Translations under genes and position numbers: made by a program
Notes under the pieces: model-generated
The model's database searches: none
What the model saw: only the letters and a program-made list of their open reading frames with translations
What the model was told of the DNA's origin: nothing
Part shown: piece after piece, positions 1-11,228 of the stretch
Position numbering within the stretch: the first letter of the stretch is position 1
Layout of the letters: the number at the start of each line of letters is the position of its first letter
NCBI GenBank assembly: GCA_965649765.1
Contig: OZ287756.1
Location: forward strand, 7,874,001 to 7,938,000
Origin: Bispira polyomma
Lineage: Eukaryota
Direction: 5' to 3'
DNA: 64,000 nucleotides

Positions 1-1034
1 AAAGGTTTAATAAACCACAGAGACTGCCTTTGTTTGTCACCCAGAGTTTAAGATATATCTTTTGTCATGAACAATATTAAACTCACCAAGTAAGCTACAT
101 TTTCACCTGTGTCTGTTTGTTAGATTGTTAACAAATAAAAAACAACAGAAATAATTTCTGACTTTTTTTCTGGGAATTTAATAAAACATTTTGATTGTGA
201 TCTACTGGTTTTATTTTGCCCATAAAGTCTCAGGAGGTGTTTATTTTTATGGTATTCTGCTGTGCTAGAAATGGCATCTTCGCGTGAATATTTTCCATAA
301 AAAAAGTAATACGCTTATAAGTGTAAACCGAGTCTATTCATACAACCACGCAGTGTCTGTCATTTAAATGCCCACAAAATGTTTCCTTTCAACAGCTCAT
401 TTCATGTTGATGGTGTTTGACAGTGCCTGTATGTAGTTCTACGTATTAAAAGTGATACAATGGATTTGAAATGGCTGTATAAATTTCTGTTATGGTGTTA
501 CAATGTCCTATTAATGTCAATAAAATCTGTCACTCCCACACTCCAACCATAAAAAACCCCACAAATTTATTACACATTAATAATCATTGTTGCTGTTGCA
601 TATAAAAATTGTATTCTATACTCTTTTTTTTGTGCATTTAAAAAAAATATTCTTAAATAGTGTTTGGCAATATCTCACTAGTTTTGTTTTTTGTCTGTAA
701 CATTAAATAGCCTTTAAACTAAGTAGTTCGTAGATCTGTTGTTATTCCATCGTGTCTGCTGTTTGTCAATGTCAGTTTGTTTGTGTTCCAGACAATTATT
801 GTCAGTACTGAAAAGGTCAAAGTTTTGTATGAGTGGATATTTTAAATATAAATACAATTTGATCTATTTTTCGCGAATAAGCTTTCATAAATTGGGAAGG
901 TAAGTTTATTGGATTTAATACCGTTTGGAAATTACATTATTTAGCACTATTTATCAACAATCTCAAACATCTCGGAATCTTAAAGTCATGCTTAAACATA
1001 AATATAACAACAGCTCTGATAAATACTGGCCCTG

Positions 1035-1334
1035 GGGCCGTATTTACAAAGATTCTTATTTTTAGAATTACTCTTATTCTTAGAATTGTTTTTTACATTT
1101 GTTGCTTTCTGAATCCTAATTTTTTTTAAAAGAACTGCTACCTACAAAGGCTCAAATTTTTATTTTATTCTTAGATTTTAGCCTCATTTAAATTTTTTTT
1201 AAAGTCGAAGAATAGGAATAAAATAAATTTAAAAATTGTTATTCTTAAAATTTTTCTTAGAAATTTCGTAGCTTAAGAATAATTCTAAGAATTACTGTAA
1301 TTCTAAGAATAAGAATCTTTGAGAATACGGCCTC
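1035..1334. mobile_element. ~300-bp MITE, PIF/Harbinger-like
   Basis: ~38-bp terminal inverted repeats (GGGCCGTATTTACAAAGATTCTTATT...AATAAGAATCTTTGAGAATACGGCCTC) flanked by CTG/CAG. It is absent from the paralogous site near 12405 (empty site ctggccctggtcaa). Confidence 0.85.
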
Positions 1335-1413
1335 CAGTCAATATAATGTAGGCCTTGATGGAATATCCCAAACATAAACTAATGCTCAAATGTAGGCCTT
1401 TATGGAGTATCGT

Positions 1414-1879
1414 AAACATAAATACAACAACAGCTCTGATAAATACTGGCTCTGGTCACTATAATGTAGGCTTTTGTGGAGTATCTCAAACATAAATACT
1501 ACAACAGCTCTGATAAATACTTGCCCTAGTCACTATAATATAGGCCTTTGTAGAATATCTCAAACATACATACCACAGCGGCTCTAATAAATACTGGCTC
1601 TGGTCACTATAATATAAGCCTTTGTGGAGTATCTTAAACATAAATACCACAACAGCTCTGATAAATACTGGCTCTGGTCACTATAATGTAGGCTTTTGTG
1701 GAATATCTCAAACATAAATACCACAGAAGCTCTGATAAATACTGGCCCTGGTCACTATAATACATGCCTTTGTGGAGTATCTCAAACATAAACTCATGCT
1801 CAAACATAAAACACTGCTCTGATATATACCGACCCTGGACAATATATTATAGGCCTTTATAGAGTATCTCAAACATAAA
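1414..1879 (+). repeat. 74-bp tandem repeat (5 full units plus degenerate ones)
   Basis: The unit AAACATAAATACCACAACAGCTCTGATAAATACTGGCTCTGGTCACTATAATGTAGGCTTTTGTGGAGTATCTC starts at 1414, 1488, 1562, 1636 and 1710, with the next start at 1784. A further unit at ~996-1370 is split by the MITE. Confidence 0.95.
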
Positions 1880-2334
1880 CTCGTTGTTAAATTCAAATAT
1901 CATCAACATGGATTTATTTAATCATGGTAAAAATCTTGACACATTACCATTTATTTTAACAGAGCTCTCAGTGAAAACTAAAACATGCAGTTTAGATTTG
2001 ACATATCTTGTACACAAAATATATAGACATATTTTGAGAGTTTAAGCTTCAGACTTTTGATAAATTACTGGTGCTGGCTAATGTAGCTTTTTATTATAGT
2101 TACATACACTGTTAAAGTCATATGTGTGCCATATCTATTGACATTTACTTAAAGGCGCCACCATCTCACATTGTAAATGCTAAACAAATTGGCCATTGGC
2201 TGTAGACATTGTGATAAAACTTCATGGGGCTATATTGTTAAGATATTACATATTTTGTCTTTGTATAGCAATGTGTAAACATAGCATTGTAAACTTTCCA
2301 AATTCTCTATAAACAAACAGTTAACCACATTTTT

Positions 2335-2338
<4 letters not shown>

Positions 2339-2370
<32 letters not shown>
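2339..2370. repeat. (TA)n microsatellite
   Basis: Pure TA run. Others occur at ~5010-5040 and ~59215-59234. Confidence 0.95.
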
Positions 2371-2373
<3 letters not shown>

Positions 2374-2489
2374 TTATATGCAGTTATACACACATATGTA
2401 CTATATATTATGTATATTCCTAAAAATTATGTATATGTATTATGTCAGGCTTATATATACTATTTAATATATGTTAAATATGTTTATCA

Positions 2490-2612
2490 TCATTTTCTCT
2501 TGTGACCCTCCCAGGTGTAGTTTTTTATGAAGTCCCTGTGAGCGGGTTGCAAGCTCTTGCCGCTGCAGAGGTTGCCTCAATAATGATTTATTAGGGGGAA
2601 TAAAAAAAAAAA
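2490..2612 (+). mobile_element. Short 3' end of an unidentified non-LTR retroposon
   Basis: AAGTCCCTGTGAGCGGGTTGCAA...TAGGGGGAATAA followed by poly(A). A related copy lies on the - strand at ~42125-42240, and the segment is absent from the inverted paralogue. Confidence 0.5.
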
Positions 2613-3909
2613 CCTCCTGAGGCACCAAACGTGTGGGGGACAAGCATTAGATTTATTTTTTGCATATATTCTTCTGTGAAAAAGGTTTTATGTCCCCGAG
2701 TTTGTATATACACATATTTCGCACAAATGAGAGATACCATATTTTAGTTTCTCTAAACAGAAATGATTGTAGCTTGAAATATCTATCTTTTATGTTAAAT
2801 TATTATTTTTTTTTTTTTTTGTTTATATTGCAATGAAACATCAACAAAATTTGTATTTACCATAAGTGCATAAAAATAGGATATATTTACAAAAACTACT
2901 CTTTGATGAAATTTTGGTGGTGGTGGGGTATGGATCAAGGAAGAAAGCATTACATGTAATACATATGTAGTTTTCTATGCCTTGAGTGCATGGGATCACA
3001 AAGCAACAACAGCAATAAATTCATTAATATTGCATAGAAGAAATGTTTAAGAAAGACAATATTTTTTCTATATGATGATTTGATTACTATGTATTGCCAT
3101 TGCAAGCTGACAATAATGGACATTTTAATGTCCTCTATGCTTTCATTTCGTGCACTGCCATAATACTAATTCAGCGTTTGGGAATTTGACCAGAGATTGT
3201 TAACTAAATTTTTAAGTTTCAAAATAATATCAGTCTATTTGGTAATAAAAGTCAACCCATGTATAAGTGGAACGTTTAAGTAAGAAGGTTTAAATTTGTC
3301 AAAATTTAGTTGATCTAGTTTCGAGAACACTACCAAATAAAGCAATGATACTCACTTTTTTGTGTAAATTACAGTTTATTAAAATAGTAAGAATACAATG
3401 TGAATTTAAGTGTTTTTTTATAGTTAATAATTGTAATTGTAATTAGACTTTTATTGGGCTTAATCTCCCCTTAACAAAGGGGACTCTAAGGCGCACCAGC
3501 ACAAAAGACAGTTATCCAATTTCCAAAATCAAGGGACAGAAAAAGGGTCAGCAACATATAGCGTGTCGGGGGATGATAGTTAGTGTTATTTTTTTTAGTA
3601 TATTTAATAGAAGCTTGCACTACAAATAATATATCAAATTGAACATCAATCCTAGCCTGATATTTCAGTATAAATGAAAATAAGTCTAAACTATTGTGTT
3701 TTTTTTTTTGATATCTTGAAAAATATAGAACTAAGTGAATTCCTGTTAAATCTAAGATGGCCGAGCATTACAGAAAGGCTCTTAAAAATAGCTCCTAAAG
3801 ATTTATCTTTATAAATTAGCTTTCGGAATGCATTTGAAATTATAAGGTAGTCATTCCCACTCCATTACAAAAACAACAACATAACACATGGTCGGAGGGG
3901 ATTTCAGAA

Positions 3910-4600
3910 AAGCATTTTATTGTGATACACTGGTTAATTTCAGCCATAAATACTGTCTCAGACGCTTTTAATTTTTATGGTATTCTGCTGTGCTAGAAAT
4001 GGCATCTTTGTGTGAATATTTTCTGTAAAAAGTAATATATTTATAAGTTTAAAACCAATCCATCCATGGACCCTCTAGCTTATTTCAGGTATATGGTGAT
4101 GCCAATGCCTGTATGTAGTTTTAAATATAAACAGTGAGACGGTGTAACCATGTCCTATAAGTGGGAATAAAATATGTCTCATCAACACTTCAACAAAAAA
4201 TACAGCCACAAATTTATTACCCATTGATAATCATTGTTTCTGTGGGAGATAAATTGTATTTGATCTTTTAAAGTATTCTTTGTTCTTCAGTTCTGCATAT
4301 TATGATAAGGTTTGTACATGTGGATATTTTAAGGTAAATTCAGTTCAGATAAATTTATTTGTATTGATCAATTTTTGGAAATAACATCATCTCAAGATTT
4401 TAAACTCATGCTTGAACATAAAAAGCACAACAGATTTTTTTAAGTTATAACATATTTTGAGGTCAAAGTGAATTTAAGGACTCTGATAAATACTGGCCCT
4501 GGCCATGGTTATGTAGGTTTTTATCAAATATCTTAATCATAAACTCATGCTTAAACTAAAACACTGATTTCATCAAATATGATAAAAATCTTGACATGTT
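3910..4600 (+). repeat. Further diverged copy of the 180-1000 fossil repeat
   Basis: Shares TTTTTATGGTATTCTGCTGTGCTAGAAATGGCATCTT, GCCTGTATGTAGTT and CTCTGATAAATACTGGCCCTGG with the first copy. Confidence 0.85.
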
Positions 4601-4984
4601 CCATTAATCATACTTCTAACCACCTCCCTTAACCTCAGCTTGTAAGACCAATAAGTTAGTTAGCATTATTGTGCTACCTATGGGTAGCCGGAGCCCAGAC
4701 ACCGTGTGGAGTGTCCTGTCTCCTAACCCCCTTAAGTTCAAGTTTAGGGGACCAGGCTTGAATAGAAGCCCTTGGAGGCACGACACTCTGCTAGGCGACT
4801 AGGTGCCGCTAGTGTCAGGCTCCTGCACCTAGGTTACATGAAAATTTTGACCTTGACAAGGTCAAAATTTTATAATTTAGAATTGCTATGGGAAATACCC
4901 ATTCACGAATGAGGTTTATTATTGTGAGATTGTGACACTGTGTTTGTATATGATTGTGGCTTAAAAGGGTTTAGTGTCATTGCT

Positions 4985-5008
4985 TGCTTAAAGTTGACCT
5001 TCAAGATC

Positions 5009-5041
<33 letters not shown>

Positions 5042-5262
5042 ACATGGGGTTCGAACCTCTTTTTCAATGATTGGAGCTTACTACTTCACACTGTATTTCT
5101 TGTGACATTACTTTAAACTGTATTTATATATGATTATTGCTTACAAGTGTCAGTGGCATTACATTTTTGTTTAATTTGACCTTCAAGGTCATATACACTT
5201 GAAATGGGGTTCCATCCTCTTTTCAGTGATTGGGGATAACTACTTTACACTGTATTTCTTGA
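4985..5262 (+). repeat. Two diverged direct copies of a ~110-bp block carrying a TTGACCTTCAAG(G/A)TCA palindrome
   Basis: 4994-5102 vs 5177-5261 (ATGGGGTTC...GATTGG...ACTACTT.ACACTGTATTTCTTG). Confidence 0.7.
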
Positions 5263-7569
5263 ACGTGTTATTTGCTTGAATGTATTATGGCTTGTCCGCA
5301 TGGGTTCATTATTATTGGGCATATGGTAAGTATGAGGTCTGCGGACCTCTCTATTATATGTTGGGTATTTTAAATTATTGGAAAACTGTACATAGAAGTC
5401 AACTAACAGGTAAAAAATAAATATCTCCTCCTTTCCCACCTCACCCACAAGATAAATGTTCAGCCAATCAGCAACCGGGCGATGGCCAGGACGTGACCTA
5501 AGTGCATCACAGAGAAAAAGTTAAGCATTTTTTTCAATTGTTGTTGGACTTTCAGCAATTTCATTATTACAGCAGCCCTCGTTTTTTACAGTCAGCTGTT
5601 AATTTAATTTGCCTTAAGCATGAATCTCCTAAAGCTGAATTCCCACTGTGTATTGTAAATAATGCTTTGTCTATGCCTTGTGGCACTTATTTCAGACTTT
5701 GTAGCAGTAGTTTTTACCAAATAAATATATTTTCTTTGGCATGACTTAAAATATCACTAAAAATATTATACTTTAAATAATCTTTGTTATTTTTACATTA
5801 GCCAAAGAAATCAAATTTGGCCTTTGTCTGTTGTTTTATCACCAGGAATACATAGCCTATTACTGCACCAAATTGCATGAAATTTGGTAGATGGATGAAA
5901 AAAAGAGAATCCACAAAATCTATGGGTAAAAGGTATGCACTCAGTATCCTTAAATTTTCCTATTTGTAGGACAATTACAAGACTCTAGTCATTAACTATG
6001 ATTTTACATTCATTTATCATTAAATTTACTGTTTATGTAAATTTAATTTTTTAATTTAAAATCAATTTTTGTTAGTATTGCATTTTTATGAGTTGCATTT
6101 TTATGAGTTGAAGCCCAAAATATTCCTCCAAAGCTTTTAAAATATAGAATGACATTTTATGTCTCAAGGTGTTAGTCACCCTGAAATTCTTACACATTTT
6201 AAAGTTCACTATTATTAGAATTTAGTTGGTTTTATGTCACTTTACATCTTACATCATTTCACATCAGCCACATTCAATAGTGAAAGATAAAAAGGCATAC
6301 CCACAGAACCATTTAACCAATAGAGAAATAGTGTTTATATATACCTATCTAGGTGTCTATTCTTGTGTTTTTGGTACATGTTACAATTTCATGATAAGAA
6401 GGTCTGTCATACTTATATCCAGATAGAATCACAGATTCAGGCAAAGTACAACTTGGCTAATATTTTACAACAAGATTCGTGACTCATTTAATTGGATACC
6501 AGATCCATTACATCTTATTATTTTTCAGATGTTTATTTTCATGTGATTCTTATTTTACCAGCACAGCATATTTAAAAGGAAAAAAATAATAACAAGAATT
6601 ACATTAGTGTTTAAATTGCCATTTTAATTTTGTAAACATGTTTTGAGATATAAATACTAATTTAAATGCTTTTTAAAGCCATCGGTTTTGAATGTTTTTT
6701 TCAGGTATGTTTTGGTAAAATATTTCTGGGATTTGTGTATTCTAGAGTCAAAATAATGGACTTAAAGAAACTTTAATTTTGGGGAGCTATGTCAAGAAAA
6801 ACAAACGTGAGTATTATTGCTTTATGTGGTAGTGTTTGCTACCAAACAGATTAATATTATTTTGTAACTTTCAAATTTAAGTACACGACCTTTAAATCTA
6901 GTCGAATTCACCAACACTGAAATTCTATTATTGCAGTACACGAAATGAAAGAATAGAGGACTTATTAAAATGTCAATTATACAGTCAGCTTGCAATAGTA
7001 ATACATGGTAATTAATCATCATTATTATATAAATAAATATAGTATTTTAAATTTTTTTCCATACAATATTAATAAAATTATTGCTGTTGTTGCATTGTGA
7101 GCCCATGTGCTCAACACATAGAAAACTACATATGTATTATATGTAATGCCTTCTTCCTTGACCCATACCCCATCCCCTACAACATTTCATCTAAATTGGT
7201 AAAGTAGCCTTAGTCTACAACCAAGATCAAACTCAGCCATAGAAGAAGTCGGGATCAGTATACACACTGCTAACCACCAGGGAAGACAGGGAGGATGGAA
7301 AACCCATAAAGGCAGAAAGCAAGTATAACTACCGGTAGATACATAGAGCATGTACAGTTGGGCATGATAATTCGCCAGTTTTTGTTATGTACAGCAACAT
7401 TAAATAAACCTACACATGTAACAGCTTTGGGAGTTTTTATTTTAGTACTTTTATTACAAATGGTTGAAACTGTACAATTATACATGATTCTACTGGATAA
7501 GTCTTATAGATTAATATGGTTATTTCTTTACTTCAAGTCCCAAGCCCAATGTAGTGGTATTTATATGTT

Positions 7570-8165
7570 TTTGGATGGATTTTAGGTACAGCAGATGCTG
7601 CAACTGTAGTGGACTGCAAATATTGCCAAACTGCATCACTCTTCCACACCCCCATGTACCTTAATATTTTGCAACTGCAGGTTGTTATTGAACATGAAAG
7701 ACACGCCCGAATGTCTAAACGCATAAAAGCCATAGGCTTTGTGTGGTAGTTTCAGTGTGTCCAAAATGGAGGCCAAAGCAATGCGCACCTTGAACACTGC
7801 ACACTGTAACAGTACCAGTATTCTTTGGAATTACAAACAAAAGGTAGTTTTCAGCAGTTTTATATACCTTCAACAGGTTTTTAAAGCCAAGATAAGGATT
7901 ATTTAGTACAGGTATTTGAACAATCTGAACCTATGTGGAAGATTGCATTGCTATGTGCCATTTAAGATAGAGATGAGCACCTGGGTATGCAAAAATTACC
8001 CACTGTGAAATGCCTGATGGAATCAAATGAGAACATGGAGTTAAGCACCATGTTGGACAAACGGAAAAAAACGTAAAAAGCAACCAGGACGATGGCTCTA
8101 TATGTGATGCCATGTAATATATTATCGCAGGCATGTGAAATTTGAAACACATTATCTATACTAAA
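7570..8165 (-). pseudogene. Tyrosine recombinase of E1 (C-terminal part, frameshifted)
   Basis: AFYVFFRLSN (catalytic R), YPGAHLYLKW, YGFYAFRHSG (HxxR region) and GVWKSDAVWQY (catalytic Y). Confidence 0.9.
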
Positions 8166-8169
8166 ATGT

Positions 8170-10123
8170 GCTATTTCTTTTAGCTTATCTGGTGGGATGG
8201 TTATCATACCTGTTTCAATATTAATGTCCATGCACATTAAGAGTTATTTTGCTGGTGGATCCAGCTTGTCAAAGTACACAAATAACTCAAAGTGTGCAAT
8301 GCGTGTTGTGCGTCACATGACGTCTGTAACCTAATGACGTCATCTATGTAGTTCCACACACGATAACCACGTGAGGTCATAAGGTCACGCACAATGTCCG
8401 TGGTTCGCTGACATAAAGCGCTGCCAATTTTTAGGCCAAACGCAATGCTTAAATCAATGCAGGTTTGGTCCCTGTGTTTTATTCCCATGACGTCATAGTC
8501 TATTCGATCCAGACACAAGTTTCTAAAAGCTCTTCTTATAAAGGAGGACGTCATTACCAGCACTAGCAAATTCTTGCACTATTTCATCTACTGTGGGATA
8601 TTTTAAAGTATAGCCTTGCCTGTCATATAAGTCATCTGGTATGTTGGTATTTACTGAGTTACCATGGGGCCAACTCAAGTCAACAATGATTCTACGTGAG
8701 GCATTAGGTTTGGGCCTACAACATGGGAGATAGGTGTAAATTATTTATTATCACCTCAGTGCATGGCCCCATTATGGCTTTGTGTTTTAGGTCTTTTTCC
8801 AAGTATATGTCTATGTCCAATGGGAACATTTTTGCCGAACTATGATTGTCGACCTGATTGTTACAAGTAAAAGTACTTTTATCTATTCCTAAAGGAAAGC
8901 CAAATTCCAAGTATTGAACAAGAACAGTATCTGGGTGATGTTTCAATAATATCTTCCAATTTTGAACATTAAGATTTGAAGGAACTACTACCCTGGCATT
9001 TATGTAGTTAGGCATTCTAGTCTGAACTACTATCTGATGAGCTTCCTTAACCCATTGTTGTAATCAGTCAGCCTCAATTTGAGTTTTATGATAAAAAAAT
9101 GCCAAGTATCTAGGAATCAGTTGTGATATAAAGCCTATGCTTTTAGTACTATGATTTGGAGCATCAGATGATGCAAATTTACTATCATGGAAGCTCTGTA
9201 TGAGAACATTATGATCTATGTGATCTAAGGCCACTGCTGGAAGTGGTAATAATTTGTTGCTGCAAAAGTAAAGGAGCATGCGTACCCCTGCTGGCATGTG
9301 TTAAAACCTGGAAGAAAGTCCCCTTCATATGAATAGTATTGGGTTGTGTACAGTTTAGGTGCATCTGTCCTGAACTAATTTCTAAACCCATTATGCTATC
9401 ATCGCACGTGAGAGTGTAGTATATGTTAATGGAGGAATAGCTGTTCCATTGATCTACAACTGAGTGATCCACACCCACCCCAACATAGTCAGGTATTAAC
9501 ATGTGCTTTTTATCACTAGCTAAATGAAAATGTTGGATATGATCACTTAAATGTGTAATATCTTGGACGACCCTATTGCTTGTACGCGAGTCACTGTTAT
9601 CATGTTTATCATTGATTGTGTTAAAATCAAGCTGTTGTAAACAATTTTGAGTATTGTCATCAATACAACTGCTAAAAGATGTTAAAAATTTCTCAGGAAG
9701 GTGCTTAACTACATAGTTTGGAGTTTGGTAGCTGTTGTGCCCCTGAGAAACCTTATTTCCAGCCCCTTTTCTTAACTTGCGAACTTTATTAACATCCACA
9801 ATACTATCCATACTATCAATACTCTGTGCTGTCATGCTGTCTGAAAAGCCAATTTCCTTATAAGGGTAAAACTTGGTCTTTTCTTTACAGCCATACAACT
9901 GGTATTGGCACATGTAGACATTATGCCTGTGTACACCACACACATCATTATAACTAGTATCAATATACATTTTCTTGTAACACGCACTTTGATGCGCAAC
10001 ATGACATTTATTACTTCTATGGTATAAATTAAAATTTTCAATTCTATGTACAAACTGCTTTTTACATCAACTAAAATTGTTACCACATTTATATAGACAC
10101 TGGCTGTGTCTTTGTTTTCCTCG
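8170..10123 (-). pseudogene. pol of E1: long N-terminal extension plus reverse transcriptase (RNase H deleted)
   Basis: YLEFGFPL, HLSP, RIIVDLSW, DLSIAFGLKIGSALCQR, NYIDD and IPPDKLKEI, with several stops and frameshifts. Confidence 0.92.
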
Positions 10124-11228
10124 TTTTTTATCAGTTTTAAACATTCAAACTGCCTATAGGAATTGTACTTTCTAGTTAGCTTAAAACAGTAAGCGCAGGC
10201 ATGTTTTGCAAATACAGCCCCCTCTGCATGATCTGCCTGATGAGAACAAGTGTTGTTATTGTACTTAGTATATATCACAACCTCCTTTTTCCCAAAATGC
10301 CCAGTGTGACTGCCCTACACAGTATTACTACCATACTTGGCCCACTGTTGATTACCATTACTCTGAAAAGTATGTTGTGTACACCTCATTCTGATTTAGT
10401 CTACTGCCTCGAATTGTTCCCAATTACATTTTCCCCTTTCCATGTTTTGAAATAAGACAATGTGTGCCCGCTTAACGGTTGCCCAGTTGGTTTCTATGGC
10501 ATCCTGCATTAACAAGCGCAGGTACTCGAGCATATTATCTTTACTCAAATGATTACTTTCCTCTTGCATACAACCGGCATACCCAACTATAAACTGAAAG
10601 GGGCTCAGTTCTTCATACTGTGGATTTTTCCACTTAACCCAGAATAACAGTGCTCATGTGGGCAAGCCATTTCAGTGTTACGTTTACATACATTCATTCT
10701 AAACAACCCAGACTTAGCTTTCATACCTGAATCACTTTGCCTACTATTAAGTTTCAGTAATTGCTGTTGCACCTGTGTATGTAAGTAGTCGTTCTTATGC
10801 AAAAACTGTGCATGTGGTAATATACTGTTGTCGTCCACCACGTGTGACTGCTTACAGACTTTTCTGTCTCTTTTCACACGGCATCCATGAGAACAACTGT
10901 GAGCACGCTTAGGCGAACTGTGCGAAAGCACACCCAACGAGTTCTCAGTGGACTGACTGTCTAATTTTTGTTCTAGTCTTTTGTTATTATCCTCTAAAGC
11001 GAAAATTTTAGACAAAATCACAGCCAAAGCAGCCTCAGTAGTAGGTCCAGCTCCCGCGTCATGAGCCACTCCACCAACGGCACCTTCCAGAATGTCGTCC
11101 ACAGGCTGACTCTCCTCAAGGTCCACCAGAGGAGCTGACACGTTCATCCTGCAGTTCCTTACCACAGGACGTGGATGTCTTGACTGGTTTCCGATCAAAT
11201 CACAGCGTTTGCAGTAGAAGGCCGCCAT
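10120..11228 (-). pseudogene. gag-like ORF of E1
   Basis: N-terminal CxxC..H.RP..RNC, a coiled coil, KSGLFR..CPHEHC, MLEYLRLLMQDA and a C-terminal C..DH...HACAYC...C knuckle. Homologous to the gag ORFs of E2 and E3. Confidence 0.8.

Larger units (their letters stand above)
200..2030 (+). pseudogene. Very old fossil of YR-retrotransposon RT-RNase H and YR coding sequence
   Basis: Colinear motif remnants: DLKWLYKFL (~463; cf. DLNWFRVFL in E2), DN (~791), DLxSR (~861; cf. ADLLSRW), AFVEYLKHK (in the 74-bp unit; cf. LFIEFL of the YR N-terminus) and LDLTYLV (~1992; cf. LRLSNLV). No open frame remains. Confidence 0.4.
1..3365 (+). repeat. Left arm of a large diverged inverted duplication (partner 6800-13370)
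   Basis: 1-60 matches the reverse complement of 13310-13370, 2060-2200 matches 12050-12190, 2830-2880 matches 11775-11825, 2910-3020 matches 7075-7190, and 3100-3360 matches 6800-7000. Confidence 0.85.

Noticed and set aside
1414-1879. CRISPR-like array
   Set aside because: Units are contiguous with no unique spacers, there are no cas genes, and the context is eukaryotic.
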